NCBI GenBank assembly: GCA_963840345.1
Contig: CAWIYO010000006.1
Coordinates: 277,194 to 341,193, forward strand
DNA length: 64,000 nt
Direction of reading: 5' to 3'
Source: an uncultured beta proteobacterium
Lineage (GTDB): Bacteria; Pseudomonadota; Gammaproteobacteria; Burkholderiales; Gallionellaceae
In this document: positions 10,176-20,941 of the stretch, one piece after another
Numbering within the stretch: the stretch's first letter is position 1
Layout of the letters: each line of letters opens with the position of its first letter
Translations under genes and position numbers: made by a program
Notes under the pieces: generated by a model
Told to the model about the DNA's origin: nothing
The model's database searches: none
Seen by the model: the letters and a program-made list of their open reading frames with translations, nothing else

Positions 10176-11152
10176 GCGTTAGCCGGCGCGATTTTCTGAA
10201 AGGAGCGCTGGCCGGTGGCACCTTGCTTGCAACGGGTGCGCCTGCCGAGGCGCGTGAAAACAAGGCCATGCCCGCCGAGGCGCTGGGACTGCTGTACGAC
10301 AGCACACTGTGCATCGGCTGCAAAGCCTGCGTTTCCGCCTGCAAAGATGTGAACGGCATGCCGCCGGAGTTTTCTACTCCGGAACAACTGTGGGACACCC
10401 CGCTCGACATTTCCGGCAAGACGCTCAATGTCATCAAGGTCTACAAGGATGGCACCTGCGAGACCAAGGACAGCGAGAAGGACGGTTTCGCCTTCATGAA
10501 GGTCTCCTGCCTGCACTGCGTCGATCCTTCCTGCGTCTCTGCCTGTCCGGTATCGGCAATGACCAAGGATCCCGTCACCGGCATCGTCGGCTACGACAAG
10601 GACATCTGCATCGGCTGCCGCTACTGCGTGGCGGCCTGTCCGTTCGGCGTGCCTCGCTTCCAGTACGACAAGGCATTGCCGCAGATCAGCAAATGCCAGC
10701 TGTGCAAACAACGCCTGCCCGAGGGCAAGTACTCCGCCTGCGCCGAAGTGTGCCCGACCGGCGCCACGCTGTACGGCAAGGTCAAGGACCTGCATGCCGA
10801 AGCGAAACGGCGTCTCGCACTGAAACCCGGCGAAGAAACACAGTTCCCGCGCGGCAACATCAATACGCATGACCAGTCGCCGCACACTGCCAAGGCAGCA
10901 AAGTACCTGCCGCAGATCTACGGCGAGAAGGAGCTCGGCGGAACACAGATGATGAAGCTGTCTGCGGTACCGTTCGAAAAACTGGGCATGCCGAAACTGC
11001 CGGAACGCTCTTACGCAGCCACCTCCGAAACCATGCAGCACACGCTCTACGGCAACGCTTTGGTGCTGCCGATAGCCTTCCTCGGTGTGTTGTCCTATGT
11101 CGCCAAGCGCAACGTCAAGCATGACGATGACGCAGGCGATGAAAAGAAATAA
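10172..11152 (+). CDS. hybA: Hydrogenase-2 polyferredoxin subunit HybA
   Basis: Tat motif SRRDFLK; four Fe-S motifs (CIGCKACVSAC, CLHCVDPSCVSACP, CIGCRYCVAACP, CQLC..CAEVCP); C-terminal TM segment. Confidence 0.92.
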   Translation: MSVSRRDFLKGALAGGTLLATGAPAEARENKAMPAEALGLLYDSTLCIGCKACVSACKDVNGMPPEFSTPEQLWDTPLDISGKTLNVIKVYKDGTCETKDSEKDGFAFMKVSCLHCVDPSCVSACPVSAMTKDPVTGIVGYDKDICIGCRYCVAACPFGVPRFQYDKALPQISKCQLCKQRLPEGKYSACAEVCPTGATLYGKVKDLHAEAKRRLALKPGEETQFPRGNINTHDQSPHTAKAAKYLPQIYGEKELGGTQMMKLSAVPFEKLGMPKLPERSYAATSETMQHTLYGNALVLPIAFLGVLSYVAKRNVKHDDDAGDEKK

Positions 11153-11162
11153 GGAGATCCCG

Positions 11163-12334
11163 ATGTCTGCATCTCATCATCATCCTGCACCGCTCGGCGG
11201 ACCGCTGTGGACGCCACTCACAAAGCTTCTGGCGGCGCTGGTGGCAATCGCCGGAGTCATCCTGCTCGTACGTTTCCTGTTCGGGCTGGGTGCGGTTACC
11301 AACATCAACGACGGCTACACCTGGGGCATCTGGGTGGTGTACGACGTGGTGATCGGCTCTGCCTTCGCCTGCGGCGGCTACTCCGTGGCCTTGCTGGTAT
11401 ACATCTTCAACAAGGGCGAGTATCACCCGATGGTGCGCCCGGCGCTGCTGGCCAGCCTGTTCGGCTACACGCTGGCCGGTGCCGGCGTGATCTTCGACCT
11501 GGGCCGCTACTGGAACTTCTGGCACATCTTCTGGCCCGGCTACGCCCAGCCCAACTCGGTGATGTTCGAAGTGGCGGTTTGTATCTCGGCTTACATCGTC
11601 GTGATGTGGATCGAGTTCTCGCCCGCCTTCCTCGAGAAATTCGGCATGAAGGACGTGAAGAAGAAACTGAGCAAGCTGTCTGTTCTTCATCATCGCGCTC
11701 GGGACGCGTGCTGCCTTCCATGCACCAGTCTTCCCTGGGCTCGCTGCTGGTGGTGTTCGGCTACCAGATCCATCCCTTGTGGCAGACCATCCTGTTGCCG
11801 CTGCTGTATTTGATGACGGCGGTCACCATCGGTTTCGCCATCGTCATCTTCGAGGCCTGCCTGTCTTCCTCCGGCTTCAAGCGTCCGCTGGAAATGCACC
11901 TGCTGGGCAAGCTGTCCAAGGTGATGCTCGGCATGCTCATCGCCTATCTGGTCGTCCGCTTTGCCGACCTGGCGATCCGCGGTGCGATCGGCAGCATGTT
12001 CGCGTTCAACATCGAAGCGCTGATGTTCTGGGTCGAAACGGCTCTGTTCGTCGCGCCGCTGGTGCTGCTGTCGAACGACAAGTCGCGCAAGGCGCCGGAC
12101 AAGCTGTTCATCGCCGCCAGCTGCCTGATGCTCGCAGGCTTCATCCTGCGCATCAACTCGTTCCTGGTCGGTTATGAAACCGGCCCGGGCTGGCACTACT
12201 TCCCGTCCATCTCCGAGATCATGGTTTCCATCGGCATGATCGCGCTGGAGATACTGGGATACATCGTGCTGGTGCGCTACTTGCCGATCCTGTCTGGAAA
12301 TACGGAATCAACTGCCATTGCATCTAATAAGTAA
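11163..12334 (+). CDS. hybB: Hydrogenase-2 NrfD-like membrane subunit HybB with two apparent single-base insertions (about 11679 and 11707)
   Basis: GLGAVTNINDGYTWGIW, FDLGRYWN and SVMFEVAVC lie in one frame, and LPSMHQSSLGSL..YFPS in another. Removing two bases restores KLLFFIIALG.VLPSMHQ. Confidence 0.87.
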
Positions 12335-12356
12335 TCAGTAAATCAGGAGAACTGAA

Positions 12357-14060
12357 ATGGGAAAAAGAATCACGATAGATCCGATCACACGCATCGAAGG
12401 CCATCTGCGTATCGATTGCGAAGTGAACAATGGCAAAGTCTCCAAGGCATGGGCTTCCGGCCAGATGTGGCGCGGAGTCGAGCAGATCCTGCTCGGCCAC
12501 GATGCGCGCGACGCCTGGGCGATCACCCAGCGCATCTGCGGCGTGTGTACCACGGTGCATGCGATCACCTCGGTGCGCGCGGTGGAAAACGCGTTGCAGA
12601 TGGAAGTGCCGCTGAACGCGCAGTACATCCGCAACCTGATCATCACGGCGCATGCCATCCACGACCACATCGTGCACTTCTACCACCTGTCGGCGCTGGA
12701 CTGGGTGGATGTCACCTCCGCGCTGAAGGCCGATCCGGGCAAGACCGCGTCGCTCGCGGGCGGCCTGTCCAACTGGAGCGGCAACAGCCGCCAGGAATTC
12801 ACCAAGGTGAAGGAACGCCTGGGCAACTTCGTCGGCACCGGCCAGCTCGGCATCTTCACCAACGGCTACTGGGGCCACCCGGCAATGAAGCTGCCGCCCG
12901 AAGTAAACCTGCTGGCGACGACGCACTACCTGCAGGCGCTGGAAATCCAGCGCTACGCCAGCAAGATCGTGAGCATGCTCGGTTCCAAGTCGCCGCACAT
13001 CCAGAACATGGCCGTGGGCGGCGTTTCCAACCCGATCGCGCTGGATTCGCAATCGGTGTTGACCGTCGAACGCCTGCTGGCGATCAAGGAATGGATCGAC
13101 AAACTGGCCGATTTCGTCAAGAACGTCTATCTGGTGGACGTTGCCGCGATCGGCGCGTTCTATGCCGACTGGACCAAGATCGGCGCCGGCGTGATGGACT
13201 ATCTGTCCGTGCCCGACCTTCCGCTCGACACCAAGGGCACCAAGTTCGCGCTGCCCGGCGGCTATCTCAAAGGCGGCGACCTGGCCGGCATCAAGCCGAT
13301 CAAGTCGTTCAACGACGCCTACTTCCGCGACGGCGTACAGGAAAGCGTGAAGCACTCCTGGTACAAGGGCGGCAAAGGCGCGCTGCACCCGTACAAGGGC
13401 GAGACCTTGCCGAACTACACCGACTTCCAGGACGACGGCAAATATTCCTGGGTCAAGTCGCCCACTTTCTACGGCAACCCGGCCCAGGTCGGCCCGCTGT
13501 CGCGCGTGCTGGCGATGGCAGCACAGAACCATGCTCCGACCCTGAAATATCTGACCGGCGTGCTGGATACCGCAGGTTCGCTGGCCAAGACCAAGATCCC
13601 GTTGGCTGCAGTGCACTCCACCATCGGCCGCCACGCAGCCCGCGCCGTTTCCTGCGCAGTGCAGGTGGACGAACTGGCGAACCAATGGCAACTGCTGGTG
13701 GACAACATCGGCAAGGGCGACACGGCAACGTTCAACAAGCCGGTATTCCCCAAGGGCGAAGTCAGCGGCGTCGGCTTCCACGAGGCACCGCGCGGTGTGC
13801 TGTCGCACTGGGTGGTGCTCGACAACGGCAAGATCAAGAACTACCAGGCCGTCGTGCCGACCACCTGGAACGCAGCTCCGCGCAACGAAGGCGATGTGCC
13901 TGGCCCGTACGAGGCTTCGCTGATGCAAACCCCGGTTGCCGACGAGGAACGCCCGCTGGAAGTACTGCGCACCGTGCACTCGTTCGACCCCTGCCTGGCT
14001 TGCGCCGTGCACGTGCTCGATGCCGATGGCAAACCGGTGGTACGGGTGAAGGCGCTCTGA
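12357..14060 (+). CDS. hybC: [NiFe]-hydrogenase large subunit (group 1c-like)
   Basis: IDPITRIEGH; L1 motif QRICGVCTTVH; L2 motif SFDPCLACAVH followed by a cleavable C-terminal tail. Confidence 0.95.
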   Translation: MGKRITIDPITRIEGHLRIDCEVNNGKVSKAWASGQMWRGVEQILLGHDARDAWAITQRICGVCTTVHAITSVRAVENALQMEVPLNAQYIRNLIITAHAIHDHIVHFYHLSALDWVDVTSALKADPGKTASLAGGLSNWSGNSRQEFTKVKERLGNFVGTGQLGIFTNGYWGHPAMKLPPEVNLLATTHYLQALEIQRYASKIVSMLGSKSPHIQNMAVGGVSNPIALDSQSVLTVERLLAIKEWIDKLADFVKNVYLVDVAAIGAFYADWTKIGAGVMDYLSVPDLPLDTKGTKFALPGGYLKGGDLAGIKPIKSFNDAYFRDGVQESVKHSWYKGGKGALHPYKGETLPNYTDFQDDGKYSWVKSPTFYGNPAQVGPLSRVLAMAAQNHAPTLKYLTGVLDTAGSLAKTKIPLAAVHSTIGRHAARAVSCAVQVDELANQWQLLVDNIGKGDTATFNKPVFPKGEVSGVGFHEAPRGVLSHWVVLDNGKIKNYQAVVPTTWNAAPRNEGDVPGPYEASLMQTPVADEERPLEVLRTVHSFDPCLACAVHVLDADGKPVVRVKAL

Positions 14061-14551
14061 TGCGTATCGTCGTTCTCGGTGTCGGCAACATCCTGCTTTC
14101 CGACGAAGGCATCGGCGTGAGGGCTGTGGAGAAGCTGCAGCAGGATTACGAGCTCCCGCCCGAAGTCGTGGTCATCGACGGCGGCACCACCGGCATGGAG
14201 ATGCTGGAGGACTTGTCGAATGCGGACCACATCATCATCGTCGACGCAGTGCGTAGTGGCAAGACACCCGCTTCCATCATCAGGCTGGCCGACGAACAGG
14301 TACCGGTGTTCTTCAAGACCAAGCTGTCGCCCCACCAGATCGGGCTCTCGGATGTGCTGGCGACGCTGGAATTCATCGGCGAACAACCCGGCGGCGTCAC
14401 GGTGATCGGCGTCGAACCCGTGTCGCTGGAAACCGGCATGGCGCTGACGCCTCAAGTGGAAGCGCGGTTGCCGGAATTGACGGATCTGGTTGCAACGGAA
14501 TTGCGCGAACTGGGGGTGGTTGTCAGAAACAACCTGCCGAGGGCGGCCTAG
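14060..14551 (+). CDS. hybD: Hydrogenase maturation endopeptidase
   Basis: MRIVVLGVGNILLSDEGIG, DGGT and SPHQIGL motifs. ATG overlaps the hybC TGA (TGATG). This is the C-terminal part of track ORF 12416..14551. Confidence 0.92.
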   Translation: MRIVVLGVGNILLSDEGIGVRAVEKLQQDYELPPEVVVIDGGTTGMEMLEDLSNADHIIIVDAVRSGKTPASIIRLADEQVPVFFKTKLSPHQIGLSDVLATLEFIGEQPGGVTVIGVEPVSLETGMALTPQVEARLPELTDLVATELRELGVVVRNNLPRAA

Positions 14552-14553
14552 CA

Positions 14554-14787
14554 ATGTGCATGGCCATCCCCTCACGCATCGTTGCACTCGACGGCCAAAT
14601 GGCGACCGTAGAATGTTTTGGCGAACAACGAGACATCAGTCTGATGCTGATCGATAGCCCGTTGGCAGTGGGTGATTACGTGCTGGTACAGGCTGGCGGG
14701 TTTGCCTACGAACGCGTTACGCCTACTGCCGCCCAGGAAACGCTGGATATACTTGAGAAGGTGATCGGGCAGATTCCGGTGGTCTGA
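14554..14787 (+). CDS. hypC: HypC/HybG-family hydrogenase chaperone
   Basis: 77 aa with N-terminal MCMAIP and VGDYVLV motifs. Confidence 0.88.
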   Translation: MCMAIPSRIVALDGQMATVECFGEQRDISLMLIDSPLAVGDYVLVQAGGFAYERVTPTAAQETLDILEKVIGQIPVV

Positions 14788-14813
14788 TGCTTGCTGGCTT
14801 TGGTGCAACCCTG

Positions 14814-15206
14814 TTATCGAGCCACTTGCGAGCTTTTCTTGCGCCACTGTTCCAAGGGTATCGTTTCGCCATCCGCATCATCTATCAGGATTTCCCGCCC
14901 TTTGGGGCCGACCAGGATCACATGCCACATTTCCAGTCGTGGCCCGCGGTCTGCAAAGACGGATACCGACCAATAACACCGGCCTTCGGAAGCGACTTTC
15001 TTGTCCACACGCTCGCCGAACACGACGCGACGATGGGAGCTCGACCATCTCTTGAACTCTGGCAGTTGTTTTACCGATTCGATGGCTTCCAGATACTCAT
15101 ATGAGCCCTTGGCAGAACCAGCGCAGGTACCCGCTGCATAAGCTGGTCCGGCAAATGGAAGTGCGAGCACTGTCACTAATTGAAACACCGCTTTCCCTGA
15201 AAACAT
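14814..15206 (-). CDS. Hypothetical exported protein (about 130 aa)
   Basis: ATG 15206 lies 20 nt after the hemB stop. Signal-peptide-like MFSGKAVFQLVTVLALPFAGPAYA-A; two Cys. Confidence 0.6.
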   Translation of the reverse strand: MFSGKAVFQLVTVLALPFAGPAYAAGTCAGSAKGSYEYLEAIESVKQLPEFKRWSSSHRRVVFGERVDKKVASEGRCYWSVSVFADRGPRLEMWHVILVGPKGREILIDDADGETIPLEQWRKKSSQVAR

Positions 15207-15226
15207 GTGTCGCAAGAGCTGTGACG

Positions 15227-16249
<1,023 letters not shown>

Positions 16250-16297
16250 TTACATAAATCGCCGGAACTATTCTCGCATAGTCCCGTCTGAATCCGT

Positions 16298-16403
16298 GAG
16301 CAGCGAAAGTTGCTTCCCGTTTCTCCTCCCTGAGCGGGTGTCTTAACCCCTGTTAAGACCTTCTTGCCCCTGACCTTCCCCTTTGGTTCAGGGGCATTTT
16401 TTT
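16298..16403 (+). ncRNA. Candidate small RNA: three hairpins (one with a CUCCUCC loop) plus an intrinsic terminator
   Basis: Hairpins agcagc-GAAA-gttgct, cccg-(tttctcctccctgag)-cggg, gtcttaac-ccct-gttaagac and tgcccctga..tcaggggca followed by T7, on the strand opposite hemB and engB. Confidence 0.6.
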
Positions 16404-16435
16404 ACCGGTAGAATCAGGATACGGTCCCTGTCCGT

Positions 16436-17032
16436 TTATTCTTGCCTGAACCAACCCGCGATCACCGCTTCCGCTTCGTCCATTCCAATCTTCTTCAGGC
16501 TCGAGAACAGCTGCGCCGTGCATTGCGGGAAATGCTCTGCCAGAAAACCTTTCACATCGCGCAGGGTCTGCGTGGACTGCTGTCGGCTTAGTTTGTCCGA
16601 TTTGGTCAGCAGGATATGGATGGGTTTTCCGGTCGGGGCAAACCACGACAACATGTTCTGATCGCGTTCGGTCAGCGGATGTCGTGAATCCATGATCACA
16701 ACCAAACCGCATAGTTCTTCGCGCGTTTGCAGGTACTCGCTCAGCAAGTGCTCCCAATGCGCCTGTACATCGGGCGGTACTTTGGCGTAGCCGTAACCGG
16801 GCAGGTCCACCAGATAGTTGTTCTCGCCCAGCGAAAAATAATTCAGGTGCTGCGTGCGTCCCGGCGTCTTGCTGGTGAAGGCCAGGCGCGTATGGTTGGC
16901 CAGCGTGTTGATGGCGCTCGATTTGCCGGCGTTGGAACGGCCGACAAAAGCGACTTCCTTGCCGCCGTGCAGCGGCAAGTCCTTCATGTGATTGACGGTG
17001 GTGTAGAACGTCGCTTGCGAAAATAAACCCAT
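16436..17032 (-). CDS. engB: Ribosome biogenesis GTPase YihA/EngB
   Basis: [22 protein letters not shown] and TKSD G-motifs; ATG at 17032. Confidence 0.96.
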   Translation of the reverse strand: MGLFSQATFYTTVNHMKDLPLHGGKEVAFVGRSNAGKSSAINTLANHTRLAFTSKTPGRTQHLNYFSLGENNYLVDLPGYGYAKVPPDVQAHWEHLLSEYLQTREELCGLVVIMDSRHPLTERDQNMLSWFAPTGKPIHILLTKSDKLSRQQSTQTLRDVKGFLAEHFPQCTAQLFSSLKKIGMDEAEAVIAGWFRQE

Positions 17033-17034
17033 TA

Positions 17035-17180
17035 TGAGCGCGCCAAGAAATTCAGAATTTCGGGATGCAGCGCAAGGCGCACGGCGCGCAGCGACCGAGA
17101 CATACCGTATTGGTAGGCGAAGGAGTGAGCACCGCGCAACGCAGCGATGCGCCCGAAAAATGAATTTATTGGTGCGTTCA
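17035..17180. repeat. MITE-like palindromic element with imperfect terminal inverted repeats
   Basis: Left end tgagcgcgccaagaaattcagaatttcggg matches the reverse complement of the right end, tgaacgcaccaataaattcatttttcggg. The element fills the whole hemL-engB spacer. Confidence 0.7.
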
Positions 17181-18461
17181 TTTCCAGGCCGCGAAAATCT
17201 TGTCCGCCGCCGCGACCGTCGCCGCGATATCGGCTTCGGTGTGCGCCGCCGAAACGAAACCCGCCTCGAATGCCGACGGCGCCAGGTAGTGGCCCGCATC
17301 CAGCATGGCGTGGAAGAAGCGGTTGAACGCTTCCTTGTCGCACTTCATCACTTCGGCGTAGCTGGTCGGCAGGGACTTGCTGAAGTACAGGCCGAACATG
17401 CCGCCCACCGATTGCGCGCAAAAATCGATGCCGTGCTTCTTTGCGCTTGCGGTCAGGCCTTCGGTGAGCTGCTTCGCCAGTTTGCCGAGATTGTCGTAGA
17501 AGCCGGGGGCCTGCACCAGCTTGAGTGTGGTCAGGCCTGCGGCCACCGCCACCGGATTACCGGACAGTGTGCCCGCCTGATACACCGCACCCAATGGGGC
17601 GAGGCATTGCATGATGTCGCGGCGTCCGCCGAATGCCGCTGCAGGCAATCCGCCGCCCATCACCTTGCCCAGAGTCACCAGGTCCGGCTTGATGCCGTAG
17701 TGGCCTTGCGCGCCTTGCAGGCTGACGCGGAAGCCGGTCATCACTTCGTCGAGGATAAGTACCGCACCGTGCTTGGTGCACAGGTTGCGCATTGCGTCGA
17801 GGAACTCGCGCTTCGGTACCACCAGGTTCATATTGCCGGCCACCGGCTCGACGATCACCGCCGCGATCTCCTTGCCCATCTCGGCAAAGGCTTTTTCCAG
17901 TCCGGCGGCATCGTTGTAATCCAGCACGGTAGTCAGCGCAGCGATCTCGGCGGGAACGCCGGAAGAACTCGGTTGGCCGAAGGTCAGCGCGCCGGAACCG
18001 GCCTTCACCAGCAGGCCATCCGAGTGCCCGTGGTAACAACCTTCGAACTTGATGATGCGCGAACGCCCGGTGAAGCCGCGCGCCAAGCGGATCGCGCTCA
18101 TGGTCGCTTCGGTGCCGGAGCTGACCAGACGCACCATTTCCAGGCTGGGCAAAATCTTGCACAACAGGTTCGCCAGCTCCAGTTCCGTCGCAGTCGGCGC
18201 GCCAAAGCCCAAGCCCTGCGCCGCCGCATCCTGCACGGCTTTCACCACTTGCGGATGGCAGTGACCAACGATCATCGGCCCCCAGGAGCCAACAAAGTCG
18301 GTGTATTTCTTGCCGTCGGCATCCCACACGTAGGCGCCCTGGCCGCGCTGGAAGAACAGCGGCGTGCCGCCCACCGAGCGGAACGCTCGCACGGGCGAGT
18401 TCACGCCGCCGGGAATGACTTTCTGGGATTGTTCGAATAATTCTTGGTTATGAGAAGTCAT
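17178..18461 (-). CDS. hemL: Glutamate-1-semialdehyde 2,1-aminomutase
   Basis: [47 protein letters not shown] and QAGTLSGNP motifs; start at MTSHNQ (18461). Confidence 0.97.
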   Translation of the reverse strand: MTSHNQELFEQSQKVIPGGVNSPVRAFRSVGGTPLFFQRGQGAYVWDADGKKYTDFVGSWGPMIVGHCHPQVVKAVQDAAAQGLGFGAPTATELELANLLCKILPSLEMVRLVSSGTEATMSAIRLARGFTGRSRIIKFEGCYHGHSDGLLVKAGSGALTFGQPSSSGVPAEIAALTTVLDYNDAAGLEKAFAEMGKEIAAVIVEPVAGNMNLVVPKREFLDAMRNLCTKHGAVLILDEVMTGFRVSLQGAQGHYGIKPDLVTLGKVMGGGLPAAAFGGRRDIMQCLAPLGAVYQAGTLSGNPVAVAAGLTTLKLVQAPGFYDNLGKLAKQLTEGLTASAKKHGIDFCAQSVGGMFGLYFSKSLPTSYAEVMKCDKEAFNRFFHAMLDAGHYLAPSAFEAGFVSAAHTEADIAATVAAADKIFAAWK

Positions 18462-18471
18462 GCTGCCTGCC

Positions 18472-19098
18472 TTATTCAAAAAGATTGGAGAATTCTCTTG
18501 CTGCACTTTCGATGTCCGGCGCATTCCACAATGCCGAGATCACCGCCAACGCATCCGCCCCCGCCTGCACCAGCTCCACACCGTTCTGCGCCGTGATGCC
18601 GCCGATGGTGACGATGGGCACTTTCAGTTCGCGCCGTGCCGCTTGCAACAGCGTAATGTCCGCTTTCACTGCTGCGGGTTTGACCGTGGAAGAGAAGAAC
18701 GCGCCGAAAGCTACGTAGTCCGCCCCTTGCCTTACCGCCCCCTGCGCCAGCGAGAGGCGATTATAACAAGACACGCCGATAATCCCTGAATCGCCCAGCA
18801 ACGCCCTGGCGGCAGCTACCGTGCCGTCCTCGCCGCCCAGATGCACGCCGTCCGCCTGCACTTGCGCGGCCAGTTGCGCATCGTCGTTGATGAGGAAAGT
18901 GGTGCCGAATTCCCGCGTCAGCTCGCGCAAGGCCAGCGCCTGCTGCAGTTTCAGCGCCGCATCGGCTGATTTGTTGCGGTATTGCAGTACCCGTGCGCCG
19001 CCCTGCAACGCCTTGCGCACACACCTTAATAGCTCATTCGTATCGGGGGTGTCCGGCGTGATGGCGTAAAGGCCGCAGATGGTTTGCCGAGACGTCAA
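18472..19098 (-). CDS. thiE: Thiamine-phosphate synthase
   Basis: GLYAIT, QYRNK, INDD, DGVHLG, GVSCY, STVKP and IGGI motifs. Confidence 0.93.
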   Translation of the reverse strand: MTSRQTICGLYAITPDTPDTNELLRCVRKALQGGARVLQYRNKSADAALKLQQALALRELTREFGTTFLINDDAQLAAQVQADGVHLGGEDGTVAAARALLGDSGIIGVSCYNRLSLAQGAVRQGADYVAFGAFFSSTVKPAAVKADITLLQAARRELKVPIVTIGGITAQNGVELVQAGADALAVISALWNAPDIESAAREFSNLFE

Positions 19099-19115
19099 AC
19101 CGCGCTCCGGGCGAC

Positions 19116-19160
19116 GCCCCTCACCTCAATCCTCTCCCGCCCGCGGGCGAGGAGGCAACC
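19116..19160. repeat. Short palindromic repeat (ccctc..cctctcccgc-cc-gcgggcgaggagg family), intergenic copy
   Basis: gcccctcacctcaatcctctcccgcccgcgggcgaggaggcaacc closely matches 26098-26142 inside amgK. Confidence 0.7.
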
Positions 19161-19188
19161 GTCCGCTCCCTGCAGGAGCGGGATTGGG

Positions 19189-20034
19189 TTAATGCCGGGT
19201 TTCGCTTTCATCTTCAGCTTCAGCTTCTTCGTCGCGCGCCCAGAACAGGCGGTCCGGGATGTGTTGTCCCATGCCGGGACGGAAGCCGTACTTCAATGCT
19301 TCCCACGTATATTCCTGCGCTTCGTGCACGGCGTCTTCCATCGACAACCCGTTTGCCAACAGTGCGGCAATGGCCGCTGCAAGGGTGCATCCGGAACCGT
19401 GATAGATGCCCGGCAGGCGCGGCCAACTGTCGCTGCGCACCAGGCCGCGCTCGCCATACAGATTGTTGATCACCTTGGGGGTATGTTCGTGCGTACCGGT
19501 GATAAGCACATATTCGCAGCCTAATCTCAAGATGCGCTTGGCGCATTCCGATAGCTCGGGATCGTCGCCTTCGTTTTCCTCGTCCAGCACCAGGCGGCGC
19601 GCTTCCATGCTGTTCGGCGTGAGGATCGTGGTTTGCGGCAGCAGCAGTTCGCGCAGTGCATCCCGCATGTCGTCGGTCGCCAGTTCATCGCCCCGTCCGG
19701 AAGCCAATACCGGATCGAACACCAGCGGCACGTCGGGATAATCGGAGATTACCTCGGCAATGGCGGCGATGTTTTCCACGCTGCCCAGCAAGCCGATCTT
19801 GAACGCCGCAACCGGCATATCTTCCAGCACCGCACGCGCCTGATCGGCCACCCACTCGGCATCCACCGGCTGCACATCGTCGACACCGCTGGTGTCCTGC
19901 ACGGTGATGGCCGTGACCACGGACAGCGGATGGCAACCCATGCTGGCAATGGTCAGGATGTCGGCCTGCATACCGGCTCCGCAACTGGGGTCGGTGGCTG
20001 CAAAGCTGAGAACGATGGGTGGGATGTCAGACAT
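19189..20034 (-). CDS. thiD: Hydroxymethylpyrimidine/phosphomethylpyrimidine kinase family protein
   Basis: DPSCGAGMQADI, TVQDT, KIG, DPV, TPN and HGSGCTL motifs; adjacent to thiE. Confidence 0.88.
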   Translation of the reverse strand: MSDIPPIVLSFAATDPSCGAGMQADILTIASMGCHPLSVVTAITVQDTSGVDDVQPVDAEWVADQARAVLEDMPVAAFKIGLLGSVENIAAIAEVISDYPDVPLVFDPVLASGRGDELATDDMRDALRELLLPQTTILTPNSMEARRLVLDEENEGDDPELSECAKRILRLGCEYVLITGTHEHTPKVINNLYGERGLVRSDSWPRLPGIYHGSGCTLAAAIAALLANGLSMEDAVHEAQEYTWEALKYGFRPGMGQHIPDRLFWARDEEAEAEDESETRH

Positions 20035-20164
20035 GATGGGACGCCGCTGGCTTTGGTCTAATGGGTCGTAATTCTAACCGAAACCAGGCTTACGCGCGTC
20101 CGCTCAAGTAGTTGGCACAGGTAGCTATCTACAGGGTGCGGTCAACCCTGCAACAACCTCGCCC

Positions 20165-20941
20165 TTAAGTTCGCCCGCTGAGGTGGTTGGCGATGCGGGT
20201 GAACTCCTCCACGCCCAGGTTCTCGGCGCGCAACTGCGCATCGATGCCGAGCTGCGCGAATTCACCCTCACTCAGATAGCCCTTGAGCGTATTGCGCAAG
20301 GTCTTGCGCCGCTGGCCGAAGGCGGCAGTTACAACTTTGGCGAACAGCTCCTCGTCTTTCACCGCGATCTTGCCCACAGGAGTGGGGATCATGCGCACGA
20401 TGGCGGAATTAACCTTGGGTGCGGGGCGGAAGGATTGCGGAGGCACGTCGAGCAGCTTTTCCATGTAGAAGCGGTATTGCAGCATCACGGACAGTCGCCC
20501 GTAGGCGGGCGTGGACGGTTCGGCCACCATGCGCTCGACCACTTCGTTCTGCAGCATGAAGTGCATATCGGTGATGCGTGCGGCGTAATCGGCAAAGTGG
20601 AACAGCAGCGGCGAAGAGATGTTGTAGGGCAGGTTGCCGACGATGCGCAGCGGCGTGCCCAGCGTGGCGAAATCGAACTTCAGCGCATCGCCCTCGTGGA
20701 TGACGATCTTGTCCTGCGGGTAATCGGTCTTCAGGCGCGCGATGATGTCGCGGTCGATCTCGACCACATGCAGGGTGTTCAATTGTTTCAGCAACGGGCG
20801 CGTCAGCGCGCCCAGGCCGGGGCCGATCTCCACCATGTTGTCGTTGGCCTCGGGACGGATCGCACGCACGATGTCGGCGATGATGTTCTGGTCGACCAGG
20901 AAGTTCTGGCCAAACGATTTTTTAGCTTTATGCCCGTTCAT
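20165..20941 (-). CDS. rsmA: 16S rRNA adenine dimethyltransferase
   Basis: [27 protein letters not shown] and QRRKTLRN motifs; start MNGHK at 20941. Confidence 0.97.
   Translation of the reverse strand: MNGHKAKKSFGQNFLVDQNIIADIVRAIRPEANDNMVEIGPGLGALTRPLLKQLNTLHVVEIDRDIIARLKTDYPQDKIVIHEGDALKFDFATLGTPLRIVGNLPYNISSPLLFHFADYAARITDMHFMLQNEVVERMVAEPSTPAYGRLSVMLQYRFYMEKLLDVPPQSFRPAPKVNSAIVRMIPTPVGKIAVKDEELFAKVVTAAFGQRRKTLRNTLKGYLSEGEFAQLGIDAQLRAENLGVEEFTRIANHLSGRT

Noticed and set aside
12416-14059. 711-aa ORF 12416..14551 that looks like a long fusion ending in HybD
   Set aside because: The N-terminal part is an alternative frame over hybC with Arg/Pro-rich shadow composition. The real hybD starts at ATG 14060.
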